Source: Gemmatimonadaceae bacterium
GTDB taxonomy: Bacteria > Gemmatimonadota > Gemmatimonadetes > Gemmatimonadales > Gemmatimonadaceae
DNA: 64,000 nt
Direction: 5' to 3'
NCBI GenBank assembly: GCA_051859245.1
Contig: JBHYGA010000001.1
Coordinates: 1,213,722-1,277,721, forward strand
In this document: positions 60,211-64,000 of the stretch, one piece after another
Position numbering within the stretch: the first letter of the stretch is position 1
Layout of the letters: each line of letters starts with the position of its first letter
Made by a program: the position numbers and the translations under genes
The notes under the pieces: model-generated
The model's input: only the letters and a program-made list of their open reading frames with translations
The model's database searches: none
Told to the model about the DNA's origin: nothing

Positions 60211-60834
60211 CTAGTCGTCGAGGTGAATAATCCCGCGCTGCAACGCGATCGTCACCGCCTCGGTGCGATCCACCACGCCCAGTTTCGCCAGGATATGTCG
60301 CAAGTGAATCTTCACCGTTCCTTCGGTGCGTCCGATGACGCGAGCAATCTCCTTGTTGCGTAATCCTTTGGACGCGTAACGCAGCACCTCAACTTCGCGA
60401 GTCGTCAGTTCCATACGCGGGGTGAACTCGGCAAGCCGAGCCGCAACAGCAGGTGGAATAACGCGTCGACCGTCTGCCGCCGATCGAATCGCCGCCACCA
60501 CAGACGAGCCCAGCATCTCCTTCAGCAGATAGCCGACCGCCCCAGCCTCCAGCGCGCGATGAATATCCGCGTCGCCGTCGTATGTCGTTAAAGCAATGAT
60601 GCGAGCGCGTGGATGTTTATCTCTGATCGCGCGAATCGCTGCATGGCCGTCTGTTCGCGGCATGCGGAGGTCCATGAGGACCACATCCGGCTGGTGCTCC
60701 AGATAAAGCGCAATGGCTTCATCACCGTCTGACGCCTCGGCCACTACCTCGAGGTCCGGCTCAGTGCCGATGAGGGTTCGCAGTCCCAGGCGCACTACGG
60801 GATGGTCGTCGGCAAGGAGAACGCGGATGGTCAC
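60211..60834 (-). CDS. NarL/LuxR-family response regulator
   Basis: ADDHP, LMDLRMP, LTTREVEVL; paralog of the 50408 gene. Confidence 0.92.
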   Translation of the reverse strand: MTIRVLLADDHPVVRLGLRTLIGTEPDLEVVAEASDGDEAIALYLEHQPDVVLMDLRMPRTDGHAAIRAIRDKHPRARIIALTTYDGDADIHRALEAGAVGYLLKEMLGSSVVAAIRSAADGRRVIPPAVAARLAEFTPRMELTTREVEVLRYASKGLRNKEIARVIGRTEGTVKIHLRHILAKLGVVDRTEAVTIALQRGIIHLDD

Positions 60835-61084
60835 GGAGATGAAGAAACGCTTTCGTCGCGACTTGAACAATATCTCCTTCGGATAGTTCAGCGCGCGGGG
60901 GGTTGCTTTGACACCGACGGAGCGCACTCGCATGTTCTCCTCAGCTCGTTCCGTCGTTCCGTGCCGCGGTTGCAGAACCACGAAAGGAGACCACGCCATT
61001 CTTAACTTCAGGGCGAGAATCCGTAGTCGGCTGCGATCACTGCGCTGGCCCGGCACCCCGTTACAATGTCGACGTACGGACACC

Positions 61085-64000
61085 ATGGCGTTCGCCCTAT
61101 TGTGCACGGTGAGCTGTGTAAGTGCGCCGAGTGCGAACGCGCAGCTTGCCTCGCCGCCGCTCAAGCTCCGTCAGCTCGATCACACTCGCTGGTCGGCACG
61201 CGAGGGAGCACCAACCGATATCGTGGCGCTCGCGCAAACTGCCGACGGCTTCCTTTGGATTGGAGCGAGTTCCGGGCTCTATCGATTCGATGGCGTGCGC
61301 TTTGAGCGATTCGATTCGAATAGCGGCCGGGCGCTTCAGTCAGACAACGTGTCTGCGCTCCACGCGCTGTCTGACGGGTCGTTGTGGATCGGGTATCGGT
61401 TCGGCGGTGCGAGTCGCTTGGCGGAGGGTAGGGTGGCGCAGTTCGGTATCTCCGAGGGGCTACCCTCAGCCACAGTGTGGGATTTTGCGCAAGACTCGTC
61501 CGGTGTAATGTGGGCGGCCACGCGAGCTGGTCTTTTTCGGCTTGCTGCCGAGGGCTGGCGCGGTGTCGGGCGCGAGGACGGCCTTCAGGACTCGGACGCA
61601 CTCGCGCTGCTTGCCGACCGTCGGGGAACCCTTTGGGTGGCCACACGTGCGGGCACGTACGCCATGCCCAAGGGAAGTCGAACGTTTGAACGTCGAGCGA
61701 ATCCGCCGGGTGATGTCGTGGCGGGCAGTCTGCGTGAGGCATCGAACGGTGCCGTGTGGAGCGCCTCCATGACAAATGGGCTCGCCTTGCTCGCCGACAC
61801 TGTGGGTGCAACGCCGGAGAACGGTGGCGTGGCCCGCGTTGGTACGGCGAGGCCAGCGCGTACGATGTACGTTGATCGAGCGGGCGTCATTTGGCTCGCT
61901 TCGATCGATCGTCTGCGAAGGTATGTGATCACAACCGCGCAAGACGGGTCACCGCGCATCGCGGCCGAGACGATGGATGACGCGCGCTTGGCAGAGAACA
62001 CTGCGGCATTCGCGTTTCTCCAGGACCGCGAAGACAATGTGTGGGTCGGTACTGCGCAAGGACTCGAACGGTACCGGCCGACCAAACTCACGCGGCTGCT
62101 GATGCCCCAGGCGATACTCGGACCCGCGATTGTCGCTGCCGATTCGGGGGGTCTGTGGATGGGCACTGCCAACGGTGCGACCTACAGGATTGGTGACACG
62201 ATTGCCCGTGACGATGCCGCGCCGCGATTTGTGTCTGCGGCGCACCGTGATCAGCAAGGAACGTTCTGGCTCGGTGGGGATCCGGGGCTTTGGCAACATC
62301 GAAACGGTGTGTTCGATCGCATCACACTTCCCGTCGAGTGGGCGCGCAATCCGATTCAGGCTGTGGCCCACGACGTCGACGAGCGACTCTGGGTCTCCGC
62401 CGTCGGAGCTGGAGTGTTTTGTCGCGAGAAAAACAGGTGGACACTCTTTGGCAACGGGCTTGGAGTCGAACGCACTCCAGCCATCACGATTGTTTCCGAC
62501 AGTGCTGGTCGCGTGTGGCTGGGCTACACACAAAACCGTCTCGTGCTCGTGGGGCGCGATGGCCCCGCATCCCGCGTGTTTACTGAGCAACACGGATTGG
62601 ATGTCGGCAATGTGATGGCAGTGCACATTGCGGGCGATCACGTCTGGGTGGGCGGCGGTCGCGGACTCGCCTATCTTCGAGGCGAACAATTCCAGTCGCT
62701 TCGCGTTTCGGGTGCCGACGCTCCCCGTGGCATCTCTGGAATTGTTGAGGTGGCGGGCGGCGAGCTGTGGCTGAACGCAGCCAACGGTGTCACGCGTATA
62801 CCAGCCGGCGAGATTTCCCGCGCGCTAACAGATACGCTGCATCAGGTGTTGGCGGAACGGTTTGATTTTCGCGACGGAATTGACGGCACCGCGCCGCAAA
62901 TTCGGCCGCTGCCAAGTGCCGTTTTGGGAACGGATGGCCGCGCGTGGTTCGCAACCAGTTCACACGTATTCTGGATCGATCCGCACAACGTGAGAAGAAA
63001 TCGCGTTCCGCCTCCGGTGCACATTCGCGCACTGGAGGCCGGCGGGATTGCGTATGCTATGGCTGGTAGCATTGCGCTGCCTGCGCGAACAACCGCAGTG
63101 AACGTGCGCTACACGGCAGCGAGCCTCGCGATTCCCGACCGCGTGCGCTTTCGCTATCGACTTGAGGGCTCGGATACCACTTGGCAGGACGCCGGGAATC
63201 GACGCGAAGCGATCTATACGAACCTCGGCCCGGGCACATACCATTTTCGGGTCATCGCGGCAAACGAGGACGGCGTGTGGAATGAGGACGGGGCGGCCGT
63301 CGAATTTTCGATTGCGCCAACCTTCATGCAGACGCCACTGTTCGTCATGCTCTGCGGCGTCGCCGTAGGCGGAATCGTATGGCTGCTTGTGCAACTGCGA
63401 CATCGGCGCGCGACGGACGCAATTCGCGCACGCTTTGATGCAACGCTTGCCGAACGTACACGAATCGCCGGCGAGCTGCACGACACGCTGCTGCAGGATT
63501 TCAGCGGCGTCACGATGCAGCTGCACGCGGTTCAGCGATTGTTTGAGTCACGACCGGCCGACGCCGCTCGAACCCTTCGGGAAGCGATCGAAACGGCCGA
63601 TGGATCGCTGCGCGACGCACGGCACGCTGTATGGGAGTTGCGATCGCCGGAACTTGAGTCGCTCGACCTGCCTGATGCGCTTGTCGCAGCGGCGCGCACG
63701 GTGCTTGCGTCCACGCGGATCGAGCTGACTGTAGACGTGCGAGGGGCGCGGCGTCGCCTGTCGCCAGCGGCAGAGGGTGCGGCGTTCCGCATCGGAAAAG
63801 AGGCCATCGCCAACGCCGCAAAACACTCTGCGGCGCAGACAGTGACACTCTCGTTCCACTACGAGGCGACACGTTTCATGCTATGCATCAGCGATGATGG
63901 CAACGGCTTTTTGCCCGCGGAGAGCGAGCGCCACGTGCGCCGGGGACACTGGGGTCTGACGGTGATGCGCGAGCGCGCGCAACGAGTGGGAGGCTCGCTG
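61085..64000 (+). CDS. Sensor histidine kinase (beta-propeller + Y_Y_Y + HisKA_3), 3'-partial; absent from ORF track
   Basis: HTRWSAREGAP...QTADGFLWIG; YTNLGPGTYHFRVIAANEDG; ERTRIAGELHDTLLQ; runs off the window. Confidence 0.88.
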   Translation, partial: MAFALLCTVSCVSAPSANAQLASPPLKLRQLDHTRWSAREGAPTDIVALAQTADGFLWIGASSGLYRFDGVRFERFDSNSGRALQSDNVSALHALSDGSLWIGYRFGGASRLAEGRVAQFGISEGLPSATVWDFAQDSSGVMWAATRAGLFRLAAEGWRGVGREDGLQDSDALALLADRRGTLWVATRAGTYAMPKGSRTFERRANPPGDVVAGSLREASNGAVWSASMTNGLALLADTVGATPENGGVARVGTARPARTMYVDRAGVIWLASIDRLRRYVITTAQDGSPRIAAETMDDARLAENTAAFAFLQDREDNVWVGTAQGLERYRPTKLTRLLMPQAILGPAIVAADSGGLWMGTANGATYRIGDTIARDDAAPRFVSAAHRDQQGTFWLGGDPGLWQHRNGVFDRITLPVEWARNPIQAVAHDVDERLWVSAVGAGVFCREKNRWTLFGNGLGVERTPAITIVSDSAGRVWLGYTQNRLVLVGRDGPASRVFTEQHGLDVGNVMAVHIAGDHVWVGGGRGLAYLRGEQFQSLRVSGADAPRGISGIVEVAGGELWLNAANGVTRIPAGEISRALTDTLHQVLAERFDFRDGIDGTAPQIRPLPSAVLGTDGRAWFATSSHVFWIDPHNVRRNRVPPPVHIRALEAGGIAYAMAGSIALPARTTAVNVRYTAASLAIPDRVRFRYRLEGSDTTWQDAGNRREAIYTNLGPGTYHFRVIAANEDGVWNEDGAAVEFSIAPTFMQTPLFVMLCGVAVGGIVWLLVQLRHRRATDAIRARFDATLAERTRIAGELHDTLLQDFSGVTMQLHAVQRLFESRPADAARTLREAIETADGSLRDARHAVWELRSPELESLDLPDALVAAARTVLASTRIELTVDVRGARRRLSPAAEGAAFRIGKEAIANAAKHSAAQTVTLSFHYEATRFMLCISDDGNGFLPAESERHVRRGHWGLTVMRERAQRVGGSL

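Noticed and set aside
61066..63872. Many short ORFs in the last 3 kb
   Set aside because: All overlap one kinase frame that is missing from the track because its stop lies outside the window

Overview
This is a GC-rich bacterial chromosome segment; gene content suggests Gemmatimonadota (Gemmatimonas-like), which is an inference. 1-27 kb is mostly core genome: apaG, infA, ybbAP/tesA, efp, a 7-tRNA cluster, mtgA, an LpxL-type acyltransferase, OmpA, a CDF transporter, PPK2 and a hybrid kinase, plus a 2.8-kb islet behind tRNA-Gly(CCC). tRNA-Pro(GGG) at 27006-27079 is an integration hotspot: its 3' 43 bp recur exactly at 39931 and 46593, defining tandem islands. Island 1 (12.9 kb) looks like an intact phage satellite and is the best candidate for an undescribed system. 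It has a tyrosine integrase, two HTH genes each behind a promoter plus terminator-containing leader, an AEP primase, a DUF3631 ATPase, matching 9-bp iteron arrays at two distant sites and a low-GC three-gene HEPN module. It also has a TerS-like gene coupled to an 818-aa podophage ejection-like protein and a convergent 58-aa membrane protein, with no capsid, portal, TerL or tail genes. Island 2 (6.7 kb, no integrase) carries a TPR + AraC pair facing a Cys-rich lipoprotein. The rest (46.6-64 kb) is a redox/hydrolase cluster with two paralogous beta-propeller kinase/NarL-type regulator pairs. All family calls come from reading motifs by eye; no searches were run.
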